A DNA stretch of 38,175 nt from Aulosira sp. ZfuVER01 (GTDB lineage Bacteria > Cyanobacteriota > Cyanobacteriia > Cyanobacteriales > Nostocaceae), in contig JAVRCV020000077.1 in the NCBI GenBank assembly GCA_034530615.2, forward strand, positions 1-38,175, read 5' to 3'. The notes beneath the pieces were generated by a model that was given only the letters and a program-made list of their open reading frames with translations, made no database searches and was not told the DNA's origin. Positions 16,851 through 26,473 of this stretch are shown here, in pieces. The stretch's first letter is position 1; every line of letters begins with the position of its first letter. The position numbers and the translations under genes are program-made.

Positions 16851-17755
16851 AGTCTTTCACCTCCAAAGAGTCGCTGCTGAATCAAAGTAATGGCAATAAT
16901 GATTGCTGCTAATAAAAAAGCGATCGCAGCTGCATAACCCATCTGTAAATTCCGAAATACAGCTTGGTAAATTAGTAGTACTACTGTTAGGGTGGCATTG
17001 TTTGGGCCGCCAGTACCGCCAGAAAAGATATAAGACTGATCAAATAATTGAAAAGTCCCAATCACCCCCATCGCGACGACAAAGAAGGTGACAGGCTGGA
17101 GTATGGGGATGGTGACATGGAGAAACTTTTGCCACCCATTCGCCCCATCCAGTTCGGCGGCTTCGTAAAGTGACTGCGGGATATCCTGCAACGCCGCTAG
17201 GTAAATCACCATGTAAAACGGCGCTGTTGACCAAATATTCATGATCATGATGCCTTTCAGGGCAACGGCAGGATCGCCTAACCAGTTATACGTAGGTAGC
17301 CCCACAGAAGCCAGAAAATCATTCAGTAGCCCATCTGTGTTATAAATCCACATAAAAATCAGTGTCAAAACGGCTGAAGAGGTGACTGTTGGCAAAAAAT
17401 AAAGGATGCGCCACCAGTTTTTCCCCCTAATACTAGAATTCAGTGTGACTGCTAGCACTAGAGCGAGGATAGTTTGAGTTGGGACAACAATGGCAACGTA
17501 TTCTGCTGTATTTCTCAAAGCAATCCACACTCGTTCATCCTCAACCAAGCGCGTGAAATTGCGAAAGCCGATGAACTGGTACTCAATACCGCCAAGAAGT
17601 TGAACTTTGTGTAGGGAAAGGAAGACAGCATAGAGAATGGGCAATACCACAAAAATCCCCAAAACCAGAATGGTGGGCATCATAAAGAGATATCCAGCCA
17701 GGTTTTCTGTAATGTTCCATCTGGGTTGTCTGTGCCGCCTATTAATTTCAAACAC
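16847..17755 (-). CDS. Carbohydrate ABC transporter permease (MalF/UgpA-like)
   Basis: EAA motif IPQSLYEAAELDGA, GYAAAIA and a 4-bp overlap with the next permease gene. Confidence 0.95.
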   Translation of the reverse strand: MFEINRRHRQPRWNITENLAGYLFMMPTILVLGIFVVLPILYAVFLSLHKVQLLGGIEYQFIGFRNFTRLVEDERVWIALRNTAEYVAIVVPTQTILALVLAVTLNSSIRGKNWWRILYFLPTVTSSAVLTLIFMWIYNTDGLLNDFLASVGLPTYNWLGDPAVALKGIMIMNIWSTAPFYMVIYLAALQDIPQSLYEAAELDGANGWQKFLHVTIPILQPVTFFVVAMGVIGTFQLFDQSYIFSGGTGGPNNATLTVVLLIYQAVFRNLQMGYAAAIAFLLAAIIIAITLIQQRLFGGERL

Positions 17756-17961
17756 AACTAAACCTCCGCTTAATCGCGCATCAACCCGGCTGTAGCGAAG
17801 GGTTGGGCATGATTATTTATCCTACTCCTACTAGGAAAGCTTTGTTCTGAAATAGTCAAGTGTTATTAGACATCGCTTGTGTAAGTTAGCTACATACACG
17901 ACTTAGGGAAATATATACTTGCTCCCCTTGGGAACACTCACTTAGCTAATAAAGATCCAAA

Positions 17962-18294
17962 ATGTCATATACAGCCTACTTAGGCTCAATCAAAAATGAA
18001 CTTCAGCGAACTGGTAGAACTAAAAAAAGCCTGAGAGTCAAAACAATGATGCAGCAGTTTGGCTATCAGCGCCGCAGTCAAGCGTTGATAGATGATTTTA
18101 ATACTGCTCTTGATGAATTGGGGCTTTGGGCGACTCCTGCATTTGATATGTACATTTCCTTAGATACAAAAATACATATTTTTATCAAAAGAGTTGCTGT
18201 AGAGCCAATAATAAGAGTCACTAAGCCTGAAAAAATTACAGAAAAGCTTAGGACACCAATATTTATTAATTATGATTTCTTTCAGAAATGTTGA
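17962..18294 (+). pseudogene. 5' fragment of a gene truncated by an IS4 end (family uncertain; possibly a nuclease/HsdR-N-type protein)
   Basis: 110-codon ORF whose last codons (QKC*) are supplied by the IS end beginning at 18283. Confidence 0.5.
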
Positions 18295-18458
18295 ATGTTA
18301 AGAAAAGTTAGATAAAAATAGCCCAAAATATGGTATTTTTGGGCGAAGGATTAAAATATTTTAGTTTGATTGTGATTATAAATTCATTTCCAACAATTGT
18401 CAAAGACATCCTGAAAAGCTTGCCAAAAAATGATTATCCGGTATTGAACAGTCGTTTC
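18283..18458 (+). mobile_element. IS4-family left end with the first ~29 codons of its transposase
   Basis: End CAGAAATGTTGAATGTTAAG. GTG 18372 gives MIINSFPTIVKDILKSLPKNDYPVLNSRF, recognised as a Nostoc IS4 transposase N-terminus. Confidence 0.7.
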
Positions 18459-18460
18459 TT

Positions 18461-18751
18461 CTTAAAGAAAATGTTGATTTAGCTGTAGCTATGAGTTCCG
18501 ATAAAGCTAGAAGCGAAATGATAATTAGCCCTATTCTATTAGAAATTAGGCGCAAATTTAATTATGAAATTAGCTTATTTTCTAGAGTAGATTTTACAGT
18601 TGATAGTCAATGAGGGCTAAATGGTTTTTGTGATTTTATCTTAAGCCTGTCTTCCGAACAGTTGCTAGTGCGCAGTTCGGTAGTTGTCCTAGTAGAAAGC
18701 AAGAACAAGAACTTAAGGTCTGGTTTAGCACAATGTATTGCTGAAAAGTAA
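18461..18751 (+). pseudogene. Internal fragment of a cyanobacterial PD-(D/E)xK-like nuclease-fold protein
   Basis: LKENVDLAVAMSSDKARSEMIISPILLE...DSQ*GLNGFCDFILS...VVLVESKNKNLRSGLAQCIAEK*, with in-frame TGA 18611 and no start codon. Confidence 0.7.
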
Positions 18752-19245
18752 ATCTTAATCAAATAACACTAAAAGTGAATTATGAAGTTATTGTATCTGG
18801 AGATCGCCTGTGTAATTTTTCACAAAAAAGGGTATTGACAGAACTTTGACACTGTGTGATTCTCTGTAATAGAGGCAGCAAAATAATTTCACTCTAAAGT
18901 GCAAAGTTTTGGTGTGGTCTCAGCAGCAGAACTCCTAGTTTACTGCCATTCTTCGTGTTATCCCTTCGGCTGAATATTCAGACAGATATCTAGTTTACTG
19001 ATTGACTAGATTTTTAAAGGTAAGACAAGATGTTTGGGTGAACATTCAGGAGAAAGGATGACGCGATGCTTGGTAGTAAGCCAGGAGTTCTACGGCTGAG
19101 ACTTGAACCAAACAAAAGCCTAAGTAGAAAGCTTGATAATGGGAGGCGTTTTTTACACCTTGCTTTTCTCTTAGCTACGCTATAACTAGACGTGTGATTT
19201 GTTGAAGCTGTCCAGCAAACCAAAACAAAATCTGGACATACTACG

Positions 19246-20034
19246 ATGACCAACGCTCATCTAAATTCAAACGTAAAAACAAGTCAAGAACAACTAAAAG
19301 TTGGTATTTACTGGGATTTTCAAAATGTTTATTTAAATCAAGAACTAGCAATGAACTTGCTAGCCTTTGCTAACACAAGAGGGAGTTTAATTAGTAGAAG
19401 AGTCTACTATAATTCACTATATGAAAACCAAGCTTCAGATCAAGAGAATCTCCGAAGTATTGGTTTTAAATGTCAGGATGTTACTTGTTCTTTAAAGAAT
19501 AGTGCAGACAATCAACTTAAATCTGATTTAATTGATGACGTATACAACAATCCGTCTCCACATATAGTTATCCTCGTGTCAGGAGATGGAGACTTTGTAA
19601 ATCCAGTTCAATTTCTACAAGACAAAGGTAAACAGGTCATAACCTTGGCAAAAAGAGGTAATGTAAAACAAAAGCTGAAAGAGCGTGCTGATGAATTTTA
19701 CTTTGTAGATGAGTTACCTCAGTTAGTTGTGAATAAGACTCAACCTCAAACCACTGTAGTTGACTCTCAAATTAGTTACAATGAGGCTATAAAGTATTTA
19801 GCTGAGGCTATCAAAACTGCTTTACACCAAGGTAAGCCTACAGGATTTGGATACATTGATAAACTAATGCGTCAGCGTTGTGCTAACTATCAGGGAGCTT
19901 CCTCAATTCTTACACCTAATGGTAAGAAATTTAAGAGATTTGGTCAATTTATTGATGTTGCTGTAAAGGATGGAAAAGTCAAAATCCAGAATCAGCAATT
20001 GTTTTTAATTGAGTTAGATAAACTTGCTGCTTGA
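19246..20034 (+). CDS. NYN-domain (LabA/DUF88, PIN-like) protein with a C-terminal OST-HTH/LOTUS-like region
   Basis: IYWDFQNV, KNSADNQL, ILVSGDGDF and ADEFYFV; C-terminal GKKFKRFGQFI. Confidence 0.88.
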   Translation: MTNAHLNSNVKTSQEQLKVGIYWDFQNVYLNQELAMNLLAFANTRGSLISRRVYYNSLYENQASDQENLRSIGFKCQDVTCSLKNSADNQLKSDLIDDVYNNPSPHIVILVSGDGDFVNPVQFLQDKGKQVITLAKRGNVKQKLKERADEFYFVDELPQLVVNKTQPQTTVVDSQISYNEAIKYLAEAIKTALHQGKPTGFGYIDKLMRQRCANYQGASSILTPNGKKFKRFGQFIDVAVKDGKVKIQNQQLFLIELDKLAA

Positions 20035-20061
20035 ATTGGCTTTTAACAACCTAGTTGTCTG

Positions 20062-20096
20062 GCGGTGCGTTACGGCTTTAGCCTAATGCACCCTAC
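20062..20096. repeat. REP-like palindrome
   Basis: ggtgcgttacggctttagcctaatgcaccctac. Confidence 0.6.
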
Positions 20097-20193
20097 CCAA
20101 AGATTTACTAAACATCGCCGCTATTTGCGGTTTTTTCATGTTTAAAGACAAATTTACCAACAGTCACTTTTCGCAACAGAACAAAAGAGAAAA

Positions 20194-20862
20194 ATGCACA
20201 AACTTCTATCATTCCGTGACGAAAAACTCCTACGAAAAGCCCTTACTCACCGTTCTTATGTGCATGAAAACCCAGGAGAAGGTGAACAGAATGAACGGCT
20301 AGAGTTTCTCGGTGATGCATTACTAAATTTCTTAAGCGGCGAATATCTCTATAATCGTCACCCAGAAAAAGGGGAAGATGAATTAACCCGTCGGCGTTCT
20401 GCATTGGTAGATGAGAAACAATTAGCAAAATTTGCTATTGAGGTAGGTTTAGATTTCAGGATGCGGTTAGGAAAAGGTGCAATTCGAGATGGAGGTTATC
20501 AAAATCCTAATTTGCTCAGTAGTACCTTTGAAGCTGTACTTGGTGCTTACTATTTGGATAATAATTCCAATATTGAAGCAGTTCGCGCAATTGTGGAACC
20601 CCTATTTGATTCTGTACCTGAGCAAGTTGTTGTGTCTCGCTCTAATGTAGACTCAAAAAATCGCTTTCAGGAATGGGTGCAACGCAACATTACTCCAACT
20701 CCACCTAAGTATGTCACAGTTCAAGTTGGTGGTTCGTCTCATGCGCCAGAGTTCATAGCTAAAGTGTTTGTGGGCGAGAAAGAATATGGAGAGGGAAAGG
20801 GACGCAATAAAAAAGATGCGGAGAAGGCGGCTGCAGAGGATGCGCTAGCTAAGTTGAAGTAA
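20194..20862 (+). CDS. rnc: Ribonuclease III (probably a secondary paralog)
   Basis: ALTHRSY, signature NERLEFLGDALL, FEAVLGAYYLD and a dsRBD (DSKNRFQEW...GEGKGRNKKDAEKAAA). Confidence 0.92.
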   Translation: MHKLLSFRDEKLLRKALTHRSYVHENPGEGEQNERLEFLGDALLNFLSGEYLYNRHPEKGEDELTRRRSALVDEKQLAKFAIEVGLDFRMRLGKGAIRDGGYQNPNLLSSTFEAVLGAYYLDNNSNIEAVRAIVEPLFDSVPEQVVVSRSNVDSKNRFQEWVQRNITPTPPKYVTVQVGGSSHAPEFIAKVFVGEKEYGEGKGRNKKDAEKAAAEDALAKLK

Positions 20863-21361
20863 GAAAATTGTCATGATGAAAATTTCGCGTCCCTTTGTCT
20901 TGAAAATTTGAGCCACTTGCTTGCGGGGCTTCCTCCCGTTGTGCAAAGTGGCGTTCCTACGCCGGGAAACCCAGCTTCGAGGAACTTTTCGCTGCGTAAA
21001 CCTTTGCGCTTCTCTGCGTTGAAAAATAAAACCAAATATTTATGACACTCCTCAAAAAAAGCGATCGCTCCCTTCTTTGCTGTACACCCTCATGAGGTTA
21101 GTTAAGACTCAAGTATCCGAGAAAAGTTATTTTTCTTGTCAAAAACAATGCAATTGCTTTTAATTTATTCAAAATAGAAGTGTAAGAACTCTGTTAAAAG
21201 TTGCTGATTGTTAGTGAAAGCTCTCAGTTAGGATTTTTGGGATAAATCTAGTTACTTGTAATTGGCTCTTACCATTGTGAGGATCTGAAATTGAGTCTGT
21301 TGAGTTTGGGCAATTCAACCTCATGCTCAAACACAAATAGTCTTTGGGGAGGTAAATTAAA

Positions 21362-22987
21362 ATGCCCCAACTAGCTCCGCATATCTTTGAGATTTTATTC
21401 CAGCAGGGCGTACAACACGCATTTGGCATACCTGGTGATTTTGCTTTAACGCTATTTGATGCCCTAGCAGCCAGTAAAATTGAACCCATCATTATGACCC
21501 ACGAACCGAGTGTAGGCTTTGCTGCTGACGCTTATTCCCGGATTCGCGGTTTGGGTTTAGCTGTAGTTACCTACGGTGTTGGTGGGTTAAATATGGTGAA
21601 CGCAGTTGCAGGGGCTTATGCTGAAAAGTCTCCATTGGTTATTTTAAGTGGCGCACCAGGGATTCAGGAACGACAGCAGCATAAGTTGTTGCACCATAAG
21701 GTAAAAACCTTTGATACCCAACGGCGGGTTTATGAAGAAGTCACTGTCTACGCGACGACATTAACTGACCCAAAAACAGCCGATGCCAAAATTCATCGCG
21801 CCCTTGACTACGCCATGACCTTCAAGCGTCCGGTGTACCTGGAAATTCCCCGTAACTTGATTTATGCAGAAATTACAGAAGCACAACATCGTCCACCACC
21901 AATCAAGCACACCGATCCAGATACTTTAACGGAAGCTGTTGAGGAAACCTTGGAGATGCTGGCGCAAGCTAAGTCACCCGTAATTCTTGCCTGTGCTGAA
22001 GTTCATCGCTTTGGCTTACAGCAGCAAGCGATCGCACTAGCAGAAAAATTAGGTGTGCCAGTTTGCTCAACCATGTTAGGCAAATCTGTGTTTCCAGAAG
22101 GACATCCGCAATACATTGGCATATACAACGGTGAAGCGGGCGATCCTTATGTACGGAAGATCGTGGAAGAATCCGATTGTCTGCTGATGCTGGGCGTGTT
22201 CATGACTGACATCAACCTGGGAATGTTCACTGCCCATTTAAATCCAGGTAAAACAGTCTATGCAACCTCTGAGCGCATTGCCATCAAACATCACGAATAT
22301 CCCAACGTCAGATTTGAGGATTTCATTAATGCCTTGTCTACCAGTGCGGCTCTACCCCATTGGGAATTATCCGACATCACGACCATGAAACCTCGTGTTG
22401 CTCCATCTCCGGGCAAAATTTCCATGAGTGGAATGCTCTACGAACTCAATCAGTTTATTGATAGCAACACGCTATTGGTAACGGATGTCGGGGATAGTCT
22501 GTTTGCGGCCGATGACATCCAAATGCGTGAGGGTACATCATTTTTGTCTCCCGCTTTCTATGCCAGCATGGGGTTTGGGATTCCCGGTGTGATTGGCGCA
22601 CAATTAGCCGATCCGTTCCGAAGAGCGATCGCATTGGTTGGTGATGGGGCGTTTCAGATGACGGGTATGGAATTGCTCACAGCTAAACGTTTGGGACTTA
22701 ACCCAATTGTCATTGTCATTCACAACGATGTTTTTAACACGCTGCGAGTCATGGCACATCAAAAATCCCCATTGGTCAATATTCCCAGTCTTAACTATGC
22801 TCAATTGGCGGAAGTACTTGGTGGTCGTGGCTTTAGCATCGAAACGGGTGAACAACTTCAGAAAGTTCTGCAACTAGCGCGAGAAAGTCAAACCTTCAGC
22901 ATCCTTGACGTTCATATCTCACCTGATGATGTTTCGCCTGCTTTGCAAAGGTTGAGTCTTTTATTTGCTCAAAAGCTTAAGGGATAA
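21362..22987 (+). CDS. TPP-dependent alpha-keto acid decarboxylase (IpdC/phenylpyruvate decarboxylase family)
   Basis: FGIPGDFAL, HEPSVGFAADAYSR, LLHH, YASMGFGIP and the TPP motif GDGAFQMTGMEL...HN. Confidence 0.9.
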   Translation: MPQLAPHIFEILFQQGVQHAFGIPGDFALTLFDALAASKIEPIIMTHEPSVGFAADAYSRIRGLGLAVVTYGVGGLNMVNAVAGAYAEKSPLVILSGAPGIQERQQHKLLHHKVKTFDTQRRVYEEVTVYATTLTDPKTADAKIHRALDYAMTFKRPVYLEIPRNLIYAEITEAQHRPPPIKHTDPDTLTEAVEETLEMLAQAKSPVILACAEVHRFGLQQQAIALAEKLGVPVCSTMLGKSVFPEGHPQYIGIYNGEAGDPYVRKIVEESDCLLMLGVFMTDINLGMFTAHLNPGKTVYATSERIAIKHHEYPNVRFEDFINALSTSAALPHWELSDITTMKPRVAPSPGKISMSGMLYELNQFIDSNTLLVTDVGDSLFAADDIQMREGTSFLSPAFYASMGFGIPGVIGAQLADPFRRAIALVGDGAFQMTGMELLTAKRLGLNPIVIVIHNDVFNTLRVMAHQKSPLVNIPSLNYAQLAEVLGGRGFSIETGEQLQKVLQLARESQTFSILDVHISPDDVSPALQRLSLLFAQKLKG

Positions 22988-23043
22988 AGACCTTGCTTAG
23001 TTAAAGCTTAGAGCATTCATAGAAGTAGAGGAGTTTAAATCTA

Positions 23044-24201
23044 ATGATGTCTGACACTTCTCATAAACCAATAGTAACTCTGCAACCAGATCGTCAAAGA
23101 ATGCAGCTTTCAGAGAGCATCTTTCAGTTTGCCGACGATCTAGGCCCTGCCAAAATCATTCACATCTATGAACCTACCACTGGTTTGAAAGCCATTGTTG
23201 TTGTTGATAACATTGCCTGCGGCCCGGCGATCGGTGGAGTACGCATGGCTGTAGATGTCACCACAGCAGAAGTCTTTCGATTAGCACGAGCCATGACCTT
23301 GAAGAATGCTACATCTGAGTTACCCCATGGTGGCGGCAAATCTGCAATTTTGGCAGATCCGAAACTACCTTTGGCAGAGAAAGAAAAATTAGTACGTACC
23401 TTTGCCCAATCAATTAGAGACATCACCGACTATATCCCCGGCCCCGACATGGGTACTGATGAACGATGCATGGCTTGGGTAAAAGAAGAAATTGGTCGTG
23501 CAGTCGGACTACCAAGGCAACTGGGAGGTATCCCCCTAGATGAAGTTGGAGCTACTGGTTACGGCTTAAGAGTTTGTGCGGAGATTGCTAGTAATTTCTG
23601 CAACTTTAATCTAGATGGTGCGCGAGTTGTGATTCAGGGTTTTGGTTCAGTCGGAAAACACGTTGCTCGTTTCTTAGCGGAAAAAGGAGCGATCCTGATT
23701 GGTGCTGCTGATTCACAAGGAACGCTGTTTAATCCTCAAGGTATCGAGGTTGAGGAACTAATAGCGCTGAAAAATGCTGGACGAAGTGTTATCAATTACC
23801 CCAACGGCGAAAAACTAGCGAAAGATGCAGTTATTGATATTAAATGCGACATCTGGATACCCGCCGCTAGACCAGATGTCATCCATACCGATAATGTGAG
23901 CCGCTTGCAAACTCAGCTTGTTCTCCAAGGAGCTAATATCCCCTTCACAGAAGCAGCCGAAAATATTTGTCATCAACGGAATATTCTTGTCATACCTGAT
24001 TTTATTGCCAATGCTGGTGGTGTAATTTGTGGGGCAGTAGAATATCGCGGTGGTTCTCTAGCAGATGCTTTCCAGACTATTAGCGAAAAAATCCGCCACA
24101 ATACGACAGTAGTTTTGGAGAAAGTTGCCCAGACTGGAATGCTACCACGACAAGTGGCAATGGAACTTGCCAAGCAACGAGCTTGTGCTGTGAGTAAATA
24201 G
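23044..24201 (+). CDS. Glu/Leu/Phe/Val amino-acid dehydrogenase
   Basis: GPAIGGVRM, LARAMTLK, GGGKS, GPDMGT, Rossmann QGFGSVG and PDFIANAGGV. Confidence 0.93.
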   Translation: MMSDTSHKPIVTLQPDRQRMQLSESIFQFADDLGPAKIIHIYEPTTGLKAIVVVDNIACGPAIGGVRMAVDVTTAEVFRLARAMTLKNATSELPHGGGKSAILADPKLPLAEKEKLVRTFAQSIRDITDYIPGPDMGTDERCMAWVKEEIGRAVGLPRQLGGIPLDEVGATGYGLRVCAEIASNFCNFNLDGARVVIQGFGSVGKHVARFLAEKGAILIGAADSQGTLFNPQGIEVEELIALKNAGRSVINYPNGEKLAKDAVIDIKCDIWIPAARPDVIHTDNVSRLQTQLVLQGANIPFTEAAENICHQRNILVIPDFIANAGGVICGAVEYRGGSLADAFQTISEKIRHNTTVVLEKVAQTGMLPRQVAMELAKQRACAVSK

Positions 24202-24227
24202 TCCAGTTATTCTCTATTTTAAGACTT

Positions 24228-24453
24228 TAGGACTTATACAGTGATAACGAAAAAACGAACCACATAAATGCGCAGCAACTACTCTTACGAGAACGCTTGC
24301 CCTTCGGGTTCTGCTTTGCAGTACAGTGTTAGCGCAGCGGTAGCGATGAAGGAGCGTCAGTGTCTCCCCTTGGGAGAAGGAGGTCACCCACAGAGTAGGA
24401 CATGAAGTCTACGAAATAAAGAGAGTTTTAGAGAGATTTTGCGTAAGTCTTGA
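24228..24453. mobile_element. MITE-like element with degenerate TAGGACTTACGCA-type terminal inverted repeats
   Basis: taggacttataca (24228-24240) ... tgcgtaagtcttga (24440-24453), with nested repeat fragments inside. Confidence 0.6.
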
Positions 24454-24565
24454 GGTGAATCAAACTTAAATTCTCTTTTCTTTCCTTTCTTTCTTCATGC
24501 TCTTTGCGTCCTTCGCGGTTTGTTTTCTTACCTATCCAAATTTACTGTGGTTAATTCCTAGCTTC

Positions 24566-25756
24566 TCACATATTTAATTGCAAGGGAAAAGCCACAGTAA
24601 AAGTAGAACCAACTCCAATCTCCGAAACTAAATTAATTTCACCTTGCAGTAGTTTCACCAATCGAGCAACTATTGCCAAACCTAATCCAGTACTTCCAGG
24701 AACGTAGGATTTATTAATAGAACTCACGCGAAAATAAGGTTCAAAGATCTGGGTTTGATTTTCTGGTGCAATCCCAATTCCTGTATCGGTAACTGCGATC
24801 GCCCATTTTTGATCGTCTAAGACTTGACACGTTATATTGATCTTCCCTGACTCTGTGTAGCGGATTGCATTACTAACAAGATTTGTAACAATCTGTTGCA
24901 ATTTCAATGGATCTGTAAATACCTGTTGAGGAGAACGATCGCAATTAACTAAAATTGGTAAGTTTTTTTCCCTAGCAAGAGGCTCCAACATTTCCAACAC
25001 ATTTTTGATTATTTCATACACATTAGTAAATTCTGGTTCGGGTTGTACCTTGCCTGCATCATAACGAGAAAGTTCCAGGATATCGTTGATTAGATGGAGT
25101 AAATGTCTGCCATTGCGTAATACACGCTCAATATGTTCTAGATTTATTTGGGTATCATTGACCCCATTTTGCTGTCTTTGTTGGCGTAAAAATAAATCTG
25201 AGTAACCAATAATTGAAGCTAAAGGACTTTTCAGTTCGTGTGCTAGTTGATGAAGATAATCTTGATTAGTATTCACTAAGCGATTTAGTTCTTCATTATG
25301 GAGTATTAGAGAATTATATAGTTGTTGTAATTCCCGCAAGCGTTCTTCAAAATAACTATTAAAACAACGCGCGATCGCTTCATCAATTACTGTATCAATC
25401 AACCGCATAGCACGCACAATCTCTGTTGGGGTCCCTTGCAATAAATATATTTCTATAGTTTCAAATATTACTGTTCTTAGCAGATGATATTCTCGCGCAA
25501 TTTCTGCTGGGTCAAAACCTTGTGCAGCGCGGAGAATCCCGTGTTGCCAACTAGCCACAACTATTGATTTAACATCATTTCCCTGAGATTCCGAAAGTAC
25601 AGTTACCATTGCTTTGATCACCTCAGGCAGATGATTTTTGATTGCTGTATAAGATAAATCATCAGCACTTTCGATATACTTATCTTTACGAACCTCTATT
25701 ACCCATTTCTGGAGGATAGTGTCAGTTTTTTCAGCCAGTACTTGACTAAAATCCAT
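24566..25756 (-). CDS. Histidine kinase with an N-terminal RsbRD-N-like (globin-fold) domain
   Basis: HGILRAAQGFDPAEIAREYHLLR; H-box LAHELKSPL, N-box NLVSNAIRYT, G1 DTGIGI and G2 GLGLAI. Confidence 0.92.
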   Translation of the reverse strand: MDFSQVLAEKTDTILQKWVIEVRKDKYIESADDLSYTAIKNHLPEVIKAMVTVLSESQGNDVKSIVVASWQHGILRAAQGFDPAEIAREYHLLRTVIFETIEIYLLQGTPTEIVRAMRLIDTVIDEAIARCFNSYFEERLRELQQLYNSLILHNEELNRLVNTNQDYLHQLAHELKSPLASIIGYSDLFLRQQRQQNGVNDTQINLEHIERVLRNGRHLLHLINDILELSRYDAGKVQPEPEFTNVYEIIKNVLEMLEPLAREKNLPILVNCDRSPQQVFTDPLKLQQIVTNLVSNAIRYTESGKINITCQVLDDQKWAIAVTDTGIGIAPENQTQIFEPYFRVSSINKSYVPGSTGLGLAIVARLVKLLQGEINLVSEIGVGSTFTVAFPLQLNM

Positions 25757-26185
25757 TATTTTAAATTCTATAAATAGACAGATGGCTAAAATTCTATATG
25801 CAATTAGTTTAACAAGAGTAGCGTTTGATTAAAAAATTGGAAAAAATCTGCAACTACCCCAAGATATAAATTTTGGTTGTTCTATTTTTTGTCTAAATGC
25901 TGTGTTTGCTTGATAGCTTGCCTCTCATTCCGAAGTATTTTGTATTATATTTGACATCATTTTTTGAACATGAGTCAAAGATTGAAATAGCTGGAAACGC
26001 GATCGCTATGTGTTTAATCCTTCTTAATGCACGAGTATGAACTTACGAAGCAAGTAGTATACAAAAATTAATAAATAGCTAATACCTAGAATATACATGG
26101 AATGTAGGTATTTAAATTGCTTATTTAAATCTCGGGGTAGAGATTTTTACCGATCTGTCATGCTATATTATCCGAAATTAGAGTA

Positions 26186-26382
26186 AGTCAGCCTAATCTA
26201 GCCCATTACCCTATGTAAGGCTAGAACGGAGGAACCAAATTTTGGGGCGTATCTCTTAAAAGGCTAAAAGCTGAAGGATAAAAGTAGAATCACAACTCAT
26301 CCTTTACAGTTCATCCTTTATAGAGAAGGGCATCTCTCAGCCCTAGCCCGTCAGCTAACTTCGTAGGCATTGAGAGGAGACT
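26186..26382 (+). ncRNA. c-di-AMP riboswitch (ydaO/yuaA class), copy 1
   Basis: Conserved blocks ACGGAGGAACCA..TTTTGGGGCGTATCT, AAGGG..CTCTC and CCCGTCAGCTAACTTCGTAGGC..GAGAG, in the 5' UTR of the ABC operon. Confidence 0.88.
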
Positions 26383-26473
26383 GAAGAGAAGACATTTTTG
26401 TAATCTCATCAGTGTCCAAGGCTGGTACTGCTCGGATTATTGTACCCGTGCTGAACATCTGTTGAGGTTGTTA

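Noticed and set aside
17881..17894. NtcA-like GTA...TAC sites (also near 10013 and 13274)
   Set aside because: The spacing is 7 nt rather than the required 8.
19014..19253. 79-aa minus-strand ORF in the NYN leader, and other short antisense ORFs nested in long genes
   Set aside because: They have no motifs or clear RBS and are consistent with shadow ORFs.
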